The notes under the pieces: model-generated
Database searches by the model: none
Seen by the model: only the letters and a program-made list of their open reading frames with translations
Told to the model about the DNA's origin: nothing
In this document: positions 37,201 through 50,600 of the stretch, in pieces
Layout: every line of letters begins with the position of its first letter
Position numbering within the stretch: position 1 is the first letter of the stretch
Assembly: GCF_011386835.1 (NCBI RefSeq)
Contig: NC_088793.1
Coordinates: forward strand, 128,464,001-128,528,000
Source of the DNA: Chrysemys picta bellii
Lineage: Eukaryota
Direction: 5' to 3'
Length of the DNA: 64,000 bases
Position numbers and translations under genes: made by a program

Positions 37201-40200
37201 TTTCCCCAGTCAGATTTAAAGAGACCTATGGCAAGAGAAAAGATGATATTTAGAATGTGTTGTGATGAGATTTGCTCATACTTGAGGGTCATGCCCTAAA
37301 ATGGGGGGGGGGGGGGAGGACGAAAAAATATACAATTTTAAGGTGTTACCAAAGTGAAGGATCAATGAAACCAATTGGTCTTATTGCTGGGATATCCACT
37401 AAATAAGTCAACTATATCTAAAAGATGAAGATTATTATAATATTAATTGATTGAAATCCTGTATAGTTTGTTATTCAGCCTGTAAATAAATGTAGGAACC
37501 ACTGAATATCAGTCATACACCATCTTAGTAGCTGCAACTCTGTGTCACATTACAAATCATTGGAAGAAAACAAAAGACTTCATCTTAATAACATTTGTGA
37601 AATACTGCTGATGGAAGAACTAACCCATCAAAAACAGTCAAGCCCACAGTTACACTTAGTATTTGTTTATTAATTAATAACAGGTACAATTATTAGGCCT
37701 TGTTTAGTGAATGTCTTTCCACTTATATTGATATGTTAATCTCAAATATAACACTTTAAGCATGGATTTAAGAGACAACAGTGATCAACTAATTTTCCCT
37801 ACTTTAGCTACATAACACTTTTAAGATCAATTCAATCAAAAGATTAGAAAAAACATGTCTGTCTTCCTCTCTGTTTTTGTTTTACTTTATATATTTGACA
37901 ACTCTTTATGTCTAGTCTTTTTCCCCTTTTGCTTGTGTGGGTCTTCACATAGCAAAAAAGAAGAGAAAAAAATTAAATTAGGAAAAAAATTAGTAAAAAG
38001 TTTGAAGCAGGTGCAACTAGATCAATTTTAAAAACTTTTTTTTTTAAATTGACTGTCTCAATCTGATGGAGTCCTTTTAAAAGAGGTGGTTTTCATGAAA
38101 AGAAACATAGGGAAGTAGAAAAAGAAACTTGTGAGAGCATCAGATCTTATGGTTTTATTACAAAAAATATTTCTATGGAAAAATAATATTCATTGATCAA
38201 AATCCTGTTTTGTTTGTTATTCAGCCTGTAAATGTACCGGTAGGAACCACCGGGTATCACCCATGTAGCTTCAGCAGTAAAATAAATTGCAATGAAGGAG
38301 AGCACAGAGGTAATGAGTCACCTAATATTAAATACTAGGAGCACAGACTTAATACTCTGACAATTTCTGTAACTGTGCTGAACATTGTTTTATCCCATCT
38401 CCACCACAACCACACCATTTTCGACAATAGTTGAGAGTGTGGCAGGGGACCCCAACACTGACAACTGATGTCTACCCAGTTTCTCTGTTTAGATCCATGC
38501 TTTCTAATGCTAGATTTGGCATTGCCCCAAAAGTAGCTGCTGAGCACCCTGAGAGTAGTAAAGGAGAAAGAGTTATTTACTCACCTCTCCATTTTCATTA
38601 TTTTTAAGCCCAAAATGATTTCAGGAGATGCTATCTCAGAAACTTCTAGTTAGAAACTAAGGCTCTGTCTACACTAGCACTTTTGTCAGCAAAACCTTTG
38701 TCGGTCAGGGCTGTGAAAACACACCTCCCTGACTGACAGAAGTTTCACCGAGAAAAGCACTGTTGAGGGTGGTTTAATTATGTCAGCAGGAGAGAGCTCT
38801 CCTGTCGGCAGAGCAGCTACATAGGACCCCTTACAGCGGAGCAGCTGCAGCGGTACAGCTGTGCCACTATAAGGTCCATAGTGCAGACACTGCCTAAGAG
38901 ATAAAAGGATGTGGTGTGATACATAGGACATGGCTCTGGACTGACAGTGAATAGATCTGGGTTTCAGCCAAACATAAGGTCATACTGATTGGACAGGGGA
39001 CTCTATTATGGGAAGCAACGATTCTGAAAAAAAGAGGTTCATGGTGGGTAATAGCTGAACATGAGATTACAGTGCGACGGTGTAGCTCAAAGAACTAAAT
39101 TGGAGAGGAGTCAAAGAAGGGCCATGAGAATGATTAAAAGATTGGAAAACATGCCTCCACAGTGAGAGACTCGAGAGGCTCAATCTATTTAGTTTATCAT
39201 CAAAAAGATTAAGAGGTTATTTCATGACTGTCCACAAGTACGGGGAACAGAAATTTGATTATTAAGAATTTTTCAATCTAGCAGACAAAGGTGTATCAAA
39301 TTCAGACTAGAAATGAAGTGCAAAATTAAAAGCAGGAAATCAGCCATCACCAGAAACTTTTATATCGAATGTTGCCCCTTTTCAACCTGAGCAGCTAGTC
39401 AAAGTTTGGGACCCTGGAGGTGTTCCAAATGGGAGTAGAAATTAGTGATAGGTATTTTTCAATGCAGGTTTATTTCTAAAGAATGTACAAAAATCCTGTC
39501 TCTCTGAATGAAGAAATCAAAAAGGAGGAAACAGCTTCTTTAGCTCACTGCACCAAGTGCACTCTTTTCATCCTGCACCTCAACCCAAAAACCTGTCCCC
39601 AGTTTCTTCAGGTCAGCCACCATGCTTTCAGCTGCTCTTTCAGGCTCTCTGTCTTTTCCAGTTTTTCCCATCTGTTCTGCCTCCCCTCCACACACACACA
39701 CTCCTCCCCAAAAGCAATACTCAGCAAAAGCTCTAGGGCACATGCACACTCTCCTTTTCTTTTATTTGGGGGTATATGCTTACAGTTATGTTAACTGAAC
39801 GGTGAATTTACACTTATCAATCTCAATGGGGTTTTAAACTCAACCCAAAACAAATTTTCATCCAGCTCATAACAGGATTTTTTCCAGAGGAGATGGTCTA
39901 GTTCAACAACAGCTATTAGACTTGAAAAGGGAATTCATTCGCCGAAAGCCTATGACTTAGGTTACACAGGAGACTAAATGATACCAGATAATCAAAATGG
40001 TCCTTTCTGGGCTTAAAATATACAATTCTACTCTCAGCTCTGCCATGCACATCCTGTGTGACTGTAAGTCACTTATCTTCTATGTACCTTTGTTTCCCCA
40101 TCTATATAAATAAGATAATACTTAGCCTCCTGTGTATTGATTAAAGGTGCTATGTATTAAGAATAATATCAATCCTTTAGACCATTTGCAAACTTGAGTT

Positions 40201-40900
40201 TTCCAAGATACTTTCACACAGCATTTGCTAAAGTCACCCCTGAATTTGAGGGAAGGGGAGAAACAGGAAACAAATGCTGGAAACATTGGAAAGCCCAGAC
40301 CCTTTGCAGAGATATTAGTCTGGCCCACGGATGCTGTTTTCGGCCTGCTGCAGGACTGTACAGGTCCAGTCCCAAATCTTGGACCTGGGCAACTTTCGGA
40401 CCTGGAACCCAACACTGGATGAGACCCAGGAGCTCTATCCGTGCTTGGCCCCTCTGGCTGTAGCCCGTTCACTTGAAGGGGCGTCCAGGGCTCTGTATCC
40501 CAGCCCCTGCTGAGCTCAGCGCCCGGTGCAGAGGGCTCTGAGGCCCGGCCCGTGGACTGGGGGACGGGCCGGGTTTGGGGGCGCGGAGAGGGACCAAGGG
40601 CACATACTGGGCGGGGAGGTGGCAGAGCTGCAGCCTGTTCTCCCCCAGGGGCTGGCTGCCCGCCCCGCATAACACCGGGAGGGGGAGAGGGGAACAGAGC
40701 TGACTCCCCCCGCTGCGGGTCTCCCTCTGCCCCCACTTGCCCCCGGCCGCCGCCGCCGCTCCCCCTGGGGCTCCCTGCGAAAGACCCGCTGAGCCGCGGC
40801 GACAGGGGGTTCCCAGCCCGGCCTCTCTCACCTTCAGGGACTGGGCCCCGGGCGTGGCCGGGTCGCTGTCACAGACCCGCGGGGACAGAACCGCCGCCAT
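16210..40900 (-). CDS. PHF10: PHD finger protein 10 (BAF45A, PBAF subunit); 12 coding exons, 1479 nt, 492 aa
   Basis: Exons 40832-40900, 36266-36372, 35472-35602, 34445-34528, 33289-33422, 33013-33162, 30029-30138, 26032-26185, 23392-23547, 18188-18296, 17696-17884, 16210-16295. All introns GT-AG with consistent phases; SAY region and double PHD finger recognisable. Confidence 0.97.
17696..17884 (-). CDS. PHF10: PHF10 exon 11 (PHD1 end and PHD2)
   Basis: [62 protein letters not shown]; AG/GT boundaries. Confidence 0.97.
18188..18296 (-). CDS. PHF10: PHF10 exon 10 (PHD1 start)
   Basis: [36 protein letters not shown]; CCAG| and |GTAAGT. Confidence 0.96.
23392..23547 (-). CDS. PHF10: PHF10 exon 9
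   Basis: [52 protein letters not shown]; TAG| and |GTAGAA. Confidence 0.95.
26032..26185 (-). CDS. PHF10: PHF10 exon 8
   Basis: [51 protein letters not shown]; |GTGAGA donor. Confidence 0.96.
26325..26440. mobile_element. Tc1/mariner (Tigger-like) MITE
   Basis: Imperfect TIRs CAGACACTCCC..TTACGC / GCGTAA..GGGGAGCGTCTG; TA TSD on both sides. Confidence 0.65.
27084..27767. mobile_element. hAT non-autonomous element, TAGGGCTGTCAA-TIR family
   Basis: TIRs TAGGGCTGTCAA / TTGACAACCCTA; perfect TSD TTTTTAAC (27076-27083 / 27768-27775). Confidence 0.85.
28560..28720 (-). mobile_element. MIR/CORE-SINE fragment
   Basis: CCTGTTTTAC..GAAACTGAGGC..AAGTGACTTGCC..GGTCACAC CORE signature. A similar fragment lies at ~40030-40110. 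Confidence 0.6.
29145..29342. mobile_element. Penelope-like hairpin insertion, same subfamily as 6418-6633, in PHF10 intron 7
   Basis: Same TATCAGAGGGGTAGCCGTGTTAG start and inverted arms, with a deletion in the left arm; flanking duplication AAATACTCTT. Confidence 0.8.
29435..29776. mobile_element. Charlie/Buster-type hAT MITE, internally palindromic
   Basis: TIR CAGTGGTGGGCAACCT / AGGTTGCCCATCACTG; perfect TSD CTCTAGAA. Confidence 0.9.
30029..30138 (-). CDS. PHF10: PHF10 exon 7
   Basis: [36 protein letters not shown]; CAG| and |GTACTT. Confidence 0.96.
30372..31965. mobile_element. hAT element with degraded transposase C-terminus present twice in inverted orientation
   Basis: TIR TAGGGCTGTCAA / TTGACAGCCCTA, perfect TSD TATTTAAC. 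hATC dimerisation peptides EWW.KHEG.YE.L..LA.KYL..PA..VPC..LFSLSG occur on both strands (30755-30967 -, 30994-31602 +). Confidence 0.9.
33013..33162 (-). CDS. PHF10: PHF10 exon 6
   Basis: [50 protein letters not shown]. Confidence 0.96.
33289..33422 (-). CDS. PHF10: PHF10 exon 5
   Basis: [44 protein letters not shown]; |GTAAGT donor. Confidence 0.96.
34445..34528 (-). CDS. PHF10: PHF10 exon 4
   Basis: (D)[27 protein letters not shown]; GAG acceptor, |GTAAG donor. Confidence 0.94.
35472..35602 (-). CDS. PHF10: PHF10 exon 3
   Basis: [43 protein letters not shown]. Confidence 0.96.
36266..36372 (-). CDS. PHF10: PHF10 exon 2
   Basis: [35 protein letters not shown]; internal Met at 36318. Confidence 0.96.
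38661..38894. mobile_element. PIF/Harbinger-like MITE
   Basis: GGCTCTGTCTACACTA ... TAGTGCAGACACTGCC with TAA TSD on both sides. Confidence 0.75.
38990..39330 (+). mobile_element. Old CR1 fragment
   Basis: Degenerate CR1 RT C-terminal sequence (..AGAAGGGCCATGAGAATGATTAAAAGATTGGAAAAC..GAGAGACTC..CTATTTAGTTTA). Confidence 0.55.
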
Positions 40901-41300
40901 GGCCGCCGCCCGCTCCCTCCGCTGGGCGGGGCGAGAAGCCGCAGCGTCCCCGGCGTCACGCCCGCCTCGTTTGACCCCGTAGCGCCATCTGCCGGCCGGA
41001 TCCGGAGCGCGCGCCCCTTGCCTGCTCCCAGGGCCTCGCGGGGCGCCCGTGGGCCTGTTCCCGAGTCTCCTTCTCACCGCGTCTCCACCCCCGCTGTTCT
41101 CCAGCCTGCTTCGCCTCTGCCCCGCACCCCCGCCACCACCTGCCTCCCCCTCTCCTCATTTTCTAGTTATCCCCAGATTCCGCTCCCCCGCCCGGGGAGC
41201 GCCCAGAGCCCCAGTGGCCCCTGGTGGTTTTCTAGTCTCAGCCACGAGACAAGCCAACTCTCGAGAATGTATCGCCAGAGACTCGATTTCCAAGTAAAAT
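40480..41300 (-). promoter_or_regulatory. CpG island 3; PHF10 promoter and exon 1
   Basis: CpG-rich; contains the PHF10 ATG in GCC ATG G context; YY1-like AGATGGCG on the minus strand at ~40983-40990. Confidence 0.9.
40832..40900 (-). CDS. PHF10: PHF10 exon 1 ([23 protein letters not shown])
   Basis: Matches the [17 protein letters not shown] N-terminus; donor AAG|GTGAGA. Confidence 0.95.
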
Positions 41301-44300
41301 TAAGCCTAACTCGGGCTCTCCTGATAGAACTCGCAAATGTCCAGATTGATTTATTTTTCAGGCCCCGGTTCTCCCTCTCCTGCAATGGGAGAGTTCTATT
41401 GCCAGATCACGCGAAGCTGGGATGACCAGACATCAAATGTGAAAAATCGGGACGGGGGTGGGGGGTTAAGCTTAATTGTTCTTCCAAATTGCTGTCAGTC
41501 CTGGGCGAGGCAGAGCACCTGCTTTCAGCCCCGTCCACTGGGGGCTCTCACTGTCAGCCCCAGGAGGAGGGGCTCCTACTGTTAGCCCAAGAAGTGGGAG
41601 AGGGACCCCACTTAGGGCTGGCCCTAGCCCAAATGATGCCCCACACAAGGAGCGTCTTTGGCCCCTCCCCTCCTGCCCCCCCCTTTGTTAAACATTTGAA
41701 TACCTTATTTTAATTGCATTTGTAGTCCATTTCACAGCTTTGATGCATGATGTGCATGAATGATTTATCCCTGTCATGTAAGGCAATAGTTTGCGTCCTA
41801 GGATCTGGAAGTCTGTATTTATTCATGCCATATATAAACAAATAAAAAAAATTCATTTCCTCAAAGCTTATAGAAACTTTTTTTATTTTAAGAATAACTG
41901 AAATGTACTAACATCAAGAAATTGAACTGTGCACCAACATTGGGTGGACCAGTATTACATAATGTTACAGTAGATGACAGCCTTAGAATATTAAAGTGTC
42001 AGCCAGTGACTTTTTATATATTTACATACTGCACAATTTCTTCTCCATAAAAAAACAACACTTCTATGAAAGGAGAAATCTTTGAAGCTAATTTGTTCTA
42101 CAGTGTGTTGTATAGAGAAAATATTGAACACATAGCCCCACCATACACTATACAAAGTTTGGATTCTAGCTTCACATCAGTTCCAATCATTAAAGGGTGG
42201 ATTACTTCCTCCATGTTAACGTATGACTTATATTACCATTCAAGTTGTTCAAATGAAGAACAAAATATGGATAAACCCTTATAGATAGCGTTGAAAGATT
42301 TTTATCGGTAAATGTTGATTTCACTGTACACACAGAAACTGACATAAAATAATTCCATCAATAATGGAAATGTACACAGGCAAAGTAATAAAAATGGTGC
42401 TTAAGAACTTAAGTTTGATTTAAGGATATTTACTTTATATATTTTGACATTATGTTGACAATGTGTTTTTATTGTTATAAAGATTTAACTTTTTAAATCT
42501 CAACATTTGTTGTCATTAAATAATAATTTTCTGTCACCCCATAATTTCCTGCAACTGTGAAAATGTAAATCAATGAAAATAAAAAATGCTTAAAATCCAT
42601 AATTTGGTGCAACTGTGAAAATGCAAATAGAAAAAAAGCTTAAAAATAAACATTGATAGTATCCATCAAAATTATAAAAAATTCAATTCTGCCAAGCCTA
42701 CTTATAGAAAAGGCCCTGATTCTGCAAGGTCTTAAGCATGTGTGTATATTTGTTTACTCATGGAAGTAGTCCCATTGAGTTCTCTGGGACCACTCACATG
42801 TGCAAAGTTATTATGTCTGTTAGCATTTGCAGGATAAGAATTTTATATATGTATTTATATTTACACATATGAATACTCCCATGGCTTAAGTGTTTACTGG
42901 ATTGGAGTCCAAGTTTATTAAGCTTGAAGAAGCCAGCTGTTACCATGTACAGGTGAAATTTCCATTCTGATGCTTTGTCTATGTAAGAAGTATTTGCTTT
43001 GTAGCAGGGAGGATGTAGCCTCCTGATTCAATGCATGCACTATACTAAACTGAAGAGGGGACGGGTACTGATGACCACCCACAGCAGCACACTCTGCCCA
43101 ACACCACAACCCTAATGGGGAGGAGAAGTCCTGGGTGAGAGAAGGCAGGGGGCTTGAAGAGCAAGACAGCACTACACTTGTCCAGTAGTAGCAATTCCTG
43201 TCCCACGGGGCTGGGCATGGCTCCCTGCTCTGGACATTGTAACCTGGCTCATGGGGTCACAATGCCCAGAGCAGGGAATATGGCCCAGCCCCATGGGACA
43301 AGAGCCAGCACTGCAGATGATTTCTACAGGGACAATTGAACCCATGAACCCTGACACTAAAGCCACCCTTGCTTTGTGGTATAAGGAATTAACTACAACC
43401 TTACATTACCAAGCCATCAGGCATTTTAACAGAAAATTAAACATGATCTGTATTATTTTGAAAACAAATACTATTTATTTTCTTCTAAATTGTTATGTTT
43501 GAACAACATCAATGAAATAATAGCAGATTTGAGTCAGTTAGGTTAATATAGCAGCAATTCTAACATTCTTTATAAATACTTTGCAAATTTTGTCTTAGCC
43601 ATTCTTTTCAATATAGATATATGTATTGTTGTCATTAACTGTCAATTACATATCCATCTCCTAAGATTTTAGGTTGTCACTGAATGGATTTTACAGCTCT
43701 TCTGGCTTTGTTGTCATTAGGAACCAGTCTGATGAAATGAAAAAAAGTAACTGAATCCAGTAAATACAATATATCAGCCTCCAGACTAAGGATTATAAAA
43801 CAGTTGATGGTTTGTAATTTGGGGTCCATCCTGGTATCAGTGAAGTCAATGACAACACTCCCACTGACTTCAACAGGAGCAGGACTGGGACCTTAAATGG
43901 AATGTTCCAAACTTCAAAATACAAAAATGAGAGTTTAACAGGCATAAGAAAAAAACAGCTGGTTACAGTGGGGAAAATGTATTTAATCTAAGAAAAGCTT
44001 TTAAAAATAAGCCACATTACAGTGGCTTTCCTTATTACTAGATCTCTGAAGAGATTATTGCTGTGGAATTTGATGAATATGACAACAACTGAGAGTAAAT
44101 ACAATGTTACTTTTTTGTTTCAGAGTCACCTCAAAGAGTAGAATATTTCCCTTTTATGAACGGAATTGTCACTTGTAATATGTTGGAACCCCATCCTTTA
44201 GAATGTGCGAGGCCACATTCAGCACCTTGCAAAAAGTGTTCTTAGCACCTGTCATAAATTCATAAACATAGCATTATGACAGATGTATATAGTATGCACT

Positions 44301-44495
44301 CACCCATACATATTTTTTAAAAAAAATTATAGACAAGAATTGGTAAAATTTGTTTAAATTTATGTGCATTTCAATGTATCAACTGTTTTTAACTTAACAA
44401 AGAAAGTGTTCTAAAATAACTATAACTTTATGAAGATTTTTGAACAATTATACAGAGTATTGTGATGATCGTTAACAGAGGTTGCTTTTCGAAAA

Positions 44496-44606
44496 CTACT
44501 CATAGTAACAAGCCATTATCAAAGCCAATGAAACAAAGGATTCTGTTTCACATTTAGCTGAAACCCAGTTGTCCCTTGCAACATCCCAGACCCATCTGCT
44601 GGAGAT
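44496..44606 (-). CDS. DYNLT2: DYNLT2 exon 4 ([36 protein letters not shown])
   Basis: Acceptor TTTCTCCCCCATAG|; Tctex-1 domain C-terminus. Confidence 0.93.
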   Translation of the reverse strand: MSSRWVWDVARDNWVSAKCETESFVSLALIMACYYE

Positions 44607-47600
44607 CTATGGGGGAGAAAAGAACAAAGTACTATTACATTGATTAAAAGAGCACAAGTCTTAAGGAAATATTTTTCAGATTAGAACTTTACAATGAACA
44701 TGTAGCATTACATAGGTGCAGCTAGTTTATATTAATTTATTTAAAATAGTAAGAATGTATATAAAACTGCAAATTAAAAGGAAATGAATGTTTTATTACT
44801 TATTGAATGCATTTTATTTTCCTTTAGAGAAAATTTACCTTAAGAGCTCTGAAAATCTGGTAGTCACAAAATGTTGTTCAGTGATTTTCCTTATCACTTT
44901 AAAAATATCTACTGAAACATACACTGGGGCTAAATCTGTAATACTTACTCAGGCAAACCTCTTGTGTCCTCTTCACACTGACCAGCAGTGTTAGTCAGCC
45001 ATGGTGAGGTGTACATGCTGCAGTCCATTGAGACAGAGCAGCTGAGCTTCCTCTGCACCTCGGAGCTCCAAGGGGTAGCTCACCCTAAAGCAATGCAGAT
45101 CTGGACCACAGTGAATGTGGTGGTATCCCCAAGAGGCACAATAGGGCCCCAAATGTCTAACTCAGTTTGTGAAAATATTATGAGTAAATTAATTTGTCTA
45201 CTCACTTTTATTGCCTGACCAGTCTTTTGCAAGATTAGGACTGTTACTACGTACTTATAGCGATCAAAGCCCATGTCCTTGACAGCTGTTAATATTTCTT
45301 CTGAGATTGAATTACACAAGAAGCTACTAGTCGCACCATTATACTTGGTTTCTTGAAGTCGTTGCTATCAAAAGAGTTTAAAAAAAATTGTAATCTCCAT
45401 CCTAACAAGCTTTTGTATAAAAAAATCTTACTTTTAGCTATAAAGAAAAAGGAAGTAAACTACTGGAATGTTTGTACACAATAGATGATGTCCCCAAATA
45501 AAAAGTTAATCATTTTTACTGCGAAACACTTTATCCGTCAAAATATTGAAATATTTCACTTTAAAACATTTTTAACAAATCTTTTAATTTTCTTTGAACT
45601 GAACAGAAGTGTACTTTTTTCCTTTTGACTCAGTTTCATGGAAAATAGCCTAGGGAGCATCGGTCTGCATATCCACAACACGTCTCCTGCACTACAGAGT
45701 CAATGGGATTAGTTCTTAGTTTTCAGGGTAAATAGTATAATTTCCCTGCTCTTTGGCAACTATAGACTGTCTTAGTAGATTCTCCAGAGCAGAGTCCCTC
45801 ATTCCATTTAACTTGATTTCATATACGGCAATCAGACTGCTGTTAATAATACCAGAGGGACTCCACCAGGAATACTTTGCTCTCATGTCATGAAATGTTA
45901 CCCGAATCAATTAAGGGAATAAAATTCAATAAATCCAAAATGTCCTATTATTTATTTTATTTTGGATAGTTCTCTGACCCTTTTTAATCTATTAACAGAA
46001 AAAAGATCCAATCCCGTAAGGAGCTGAAAACCCTCAACTTTCACCTTCACTCTGGTGCTCAGCAAGCACCCTGCAAAAGACATTCAGTATCTTACAGTAT
46101 AGAGCCTGTGATGAGCATGAGGATGGACTTATGGATATGCTTAACTTTATAGTAACTTTGTAGTAACCCCAGGGCTGTCTTTGAGGGACTGGGGCCTAAC
46201 AGTTACACTAAAATTAAATATCTTACATACAATTTAAACAAAAAGTATTACTCTACCGTTAGTATATGTTGAGCTTTGTTTCTTACTAAATGAGCCTGGA
46301 ATTTCCTATATGGCTCCATTTTGTATGTATTGGCATATCTTATTTTTGCCATGCTAGTCTTCAATGTAAATATTTCACTTCTCCCAAACTCTGCAAACGA
46401 TTCATCATCCATTGGTTCCGTACCGTGAACTTCATGGCTTGAACTTCTCATTCTGTCTTTTACGATCTGTGTATACTTTTTAAAACAAAAGAAAAAATAA
46501 AGCTTAGTATTATGCTTTGGTATTTGATTGTTGAAAGTTTTCTGACACTTCAAAATGGTATCGCTAGAGGGAAAGACTGAAATTTTGTTTGGGATCATCA
46601 GAAATATCTGAAAAAAACTAAACTGTGAATTGTTCACCTCTATTATGGATAACTGAGGAGTGTGCTAGTTATCTGATGCTCCTTCTGGGAAAAGGGCCAG
46701 AGGGATATCCTCTCACCTAAACTCTGATTCTGCTTCCCCTGAAGTCTATGCAAATTTTGCAGTTGACTTCAGTGCAGGCAGAATTGGGTACTCCAGGGAG
46801 AAGAAACCCTTGATCAATCTGTCAATAAATCCTTTTCACTATCTTTCAAAAGTTTTAGAAAGCATAATCCCAGCCACTTATCTAAACACCTGTGTTACCA
46901 GTAGAAACTTTTCAGTACTGATGCTGATGTTGTATACAATACCAATATAATAAACGTTATAACTGATTTATTGATCTTTTATGTGATTATATTCTGAAAA
47001 ACTACTGTACAAATTGCACTGCAGAGTTGCCTATATGTGGTGTCTCAATGACTTCCAGATAAAATTTGCTCAATTTTAAGCAGAAATGTATTTTTTTCTA
47101 TTTGCAAGAACTAAAAGCTCAGTTTCGGATCTGTGGCACTCTGTGCCTGAAAGCAGCACCCTGGAACCCTCATATTCACCACTTTCATATAATTATGTTT
47201 TGTACAAAGTATACCTTGTAAGGTATCATTGTAAAAGTCTTGATCTGTTGAACATGAATATCCTGTTGGACTGTAAGTGCTACCATTGTATGGGAAGTTA
47301 TGAATTTTTGTTATATGTGTGATACTGAAATATCTTGTGAGCTTGGGAACACCCACAACCAGCCTTTCAGTTATAACGATGGAGTAGCCAGACACTGATG
47401 ATGGCCCACTGAGGGGAATCCACACTCACAAGGACTACCCCAGGAACTGTATACAATGGAGACCTCTTAGAGAGAGCACGTAGACAATGGAGACTGTTTG
47501 ACTCATCATAGCAAAGGATCTTTCCAGCAAGCTGGAAGAAATTATAAAAGAGGGGAAGTGACATCATCACTTGGCCTCACTCCCTCCCACAACTCAACAC

Positions 47601-50600
47601 CTGGAAACACATCTGGAGGACAAAGACTGAACTGGGGAGGTGGTCCCAGGCTGGAAAGGAGAATCCCAGCTTGTGTATTAAGGAACTATACCATCAGGAC
47701 GAGACACAGCTTGATTCAAATCCTATCTAATTTATCAGATTGTGATTTTACTTTTATTTCGTAGGTAACCAACTTTGATCTGTATGCTTATAACTTATAA
47801 TCACTTAGATTTTGTTTTATATTTTACCTTAAACAGTGTGTTTTGGTTGAAATGCTTGGGAAATCTGCAGTGTACAATGTGGAGAGCGTGTCCTGTCTAC
47901 ATTGAGGGAGGGGCAGACTTGGTATTAAATTTACACTGGTCAGGCTTCTGACCAGTGCAGGACGATACAGCCCTGAGGTCCTAGGCTGGGGAGCTGGGGG
48001 AATTGGCTGGAGCCTCTCTATTGTTAGTTCATGAGTGGCTTGGAGAAGCATTCATGTTACTCAGCTGGGTGCGTCCCTGTATGTGGATTGCTGTGTAAGT
48101 GCAGTACCTGGTGAGGTTTGCAGCTTGTCACAGCATCACAGTGTGAGAGGGAGCCCAGGTTGGTGCCAGAGGGCTCAGCGATATCCCAGTTCCAGGTTGC
48201 ACCCCGGGGAGCCCGTTACAGGCTCTGAAAGTGAAGAAGTGATCATTTTTGTTTATTTATCTTTATCATTAATAAAGATTCCGCACCACCAAATTCTGCC
48301 CTCAGTTACACTAGTATAATGTCATTCTCTTCAATAGTAACTGAGGGCAGAATCTGGCACTGCAGATGAAACTTAAGTAGTCGTACTAATGATGCAGAGA
48401 CAAAATGGAATCAAAATCAGTCTCCCAGAGGTGTGTTGACTTTGCAGTTCTAGCAGGAGTCAAAAGTAGTATAAACATATTTTTGCCACTACAATGAATG
48501 TATATGATCCTGAATATATACAGAGTGATAAAGCAGATTTGTTGAGTAAGAAAGTGACATTTCCCCAGCCATGATTAGAGTGATTTCTCCATGTGCAGGT
48601 CTCACCTCTCCTACCCAGAAGGTGGGTCTGCTGCCACTATGGTACCAACCCCCAATTCTATGGAGATACAGACATGGGTTTGGGATCTGTTCTGAGGAGG
48701 TGGTAGGGAACAAGGAGTGGGCTGCCCCATGATGGATGGGGTCAAGAGGGACACACATCATCCCTAGACTAACCCCTTGTATCCTTAGGAAATGTAATTA
48801 GTAGTGGTATTTGTATTGCAGTAGTACCTAGAGCCTTCTGTCACAGACCAGGGCCCCTACTGAACTAGGTGCTGTACAAACACTGAACAAAAAGACAGTC
48901 CGCGCCCTAAAGAGTTTACAATCAAAATATAAAAAAAGACAAGTGACTACACACAACCAGGGAGCACAAGGAATCAATGAGACAATAACAGTGGGCAGGA
49001 TAGGCAGTGGTCTCAACACACCAGCTAACCATTTTTGTAGGCATCATGACAAAAGAGAGTTTTAAGGAGGGATTTCACGGAGGACAATGAGGTAGCTTTA
49101 CAGATGTTTTCAGGGGAGTTCCCCCCCAAAATCTGTATAGTCTGGAACTATATTACCTTTCCCACAAAGCCCTCTACAAAGTGTGGAGCTTTTTTAAAGA
49201 GGAATAAGGGTCAGCCACAGCCAGGGAGAAGGAGGTGGAGTGCCCAGGGGAAGAAAGTTCACACTGAGGCACAAGGTCTTCATACTGATGACCCTGACCT
49301 CCCACTGATCCTTCAACATTGGTGTGGATCCACAGGACTCAAAAGGTTTAGTAGCAGACCCTGCGTCTTCTTCAGTGAGTGAGTAGATCCCACCCTCTGA
49401 TGAAACAAAATAGGAAATTTTCCACAAGGGGAACCTCCAGTTTTCTTCTCTCTTTATTCCCTTCAGGGATTTTATTGTGGAAGGGAGCAATCCAGCCCTA
49501 AACATTAATTCATAGGGCAGGGAGACAAGCTTTTGAGCTTCCAACAACAGAAGTTGGTCCAATAAAAGGTGATAGCTCACCCACCTTGTCTAATATCCTG
49601 GGAGTGAAACAGCTACAATACTGCATACAATTTATATGGCAATAATTTTAGATTTCTTAATCTCTGTGTTGTCATACTGTATTAGTTTTGTAAAAAAACA
49701 TGATCTGATATAGTATTCGTTATAGTAGTTATCTGTGTAACTGACAGGATATTCTGTTGTCTAAGAAAGAGATCTGGACATTAAGTTCATCTCGCAGGTG
49801 CCATGAAACCAAAGTTCAATGGGCTCAGCTGAAAACAATGTCCTTCCATTTACTAATCTGAACTTTTTTCCAGCAGCATTTTAAGCTACCAAAACCCAAT
49901 GCACATATATCACCAAAAATGTAAATGTGGATACATGCATTTATTTGGGTATATATTAAATTATAAACAGTGGTCTTGGAATGCTAAAGTCAAGGAGTTA
50001 TATTCAAGGGGTGTGGGATTGGAGAATAGCTGTTGAAATGAAGCCCAGTTGCTCGGCTGTGGAGCCAAATGCCTGATCGACCCACCTGGCATGAGCACCG
50101 ATTCACCACTGCTGCTGAGTGGGGCACCCTGCCCCTGAGACTCAAAGAACCTTATAAGGACCCATTAGAACAGCTAGCACAATGTGGAGATCCCAAGGCA
50201 ACTACCCATCCTTCACTGGGGGAAAAGCCGAACAATCCTCTTTGAAAATCTAGAAACTATTGGTTTAGAAAAATCTGATCTGTCCTGGGTTGATGGATGA
50301 ATTGCTGAGATCGTTCCTAATGGACCCTCTGGGAAACTAGAGAACACTTGAGGATTTCAGATGTAACAGGTACTATAAAATATCCTGTATTCTAGCTTCT
50401 GTTGCAGGTACAACATGGGGAATAGACCAGGCTGAAAACCACTACCACTTGGCTAAATAAACAGATAAAGTGGATTAGTTTCTGCTGCAATACTTCCTGA
50501 ACTGCCCATGAACAATCTTTATCTGCCTAATTTAGCCCCTCAATACCCATGCTGTGAGATGCAGGCTGTCCAGATCTGGGTATAATAATTGACTGTTCTT

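Noticed and set aside
46476-46637. N-terminal part of the 129-aa ORF 46248-46637 as the DYNLT2 start
   Set aside because: It is the intronic pyrimidine tract. The true upstream exon is 60897-60977, whose ERRLSMFEK joins in frame.
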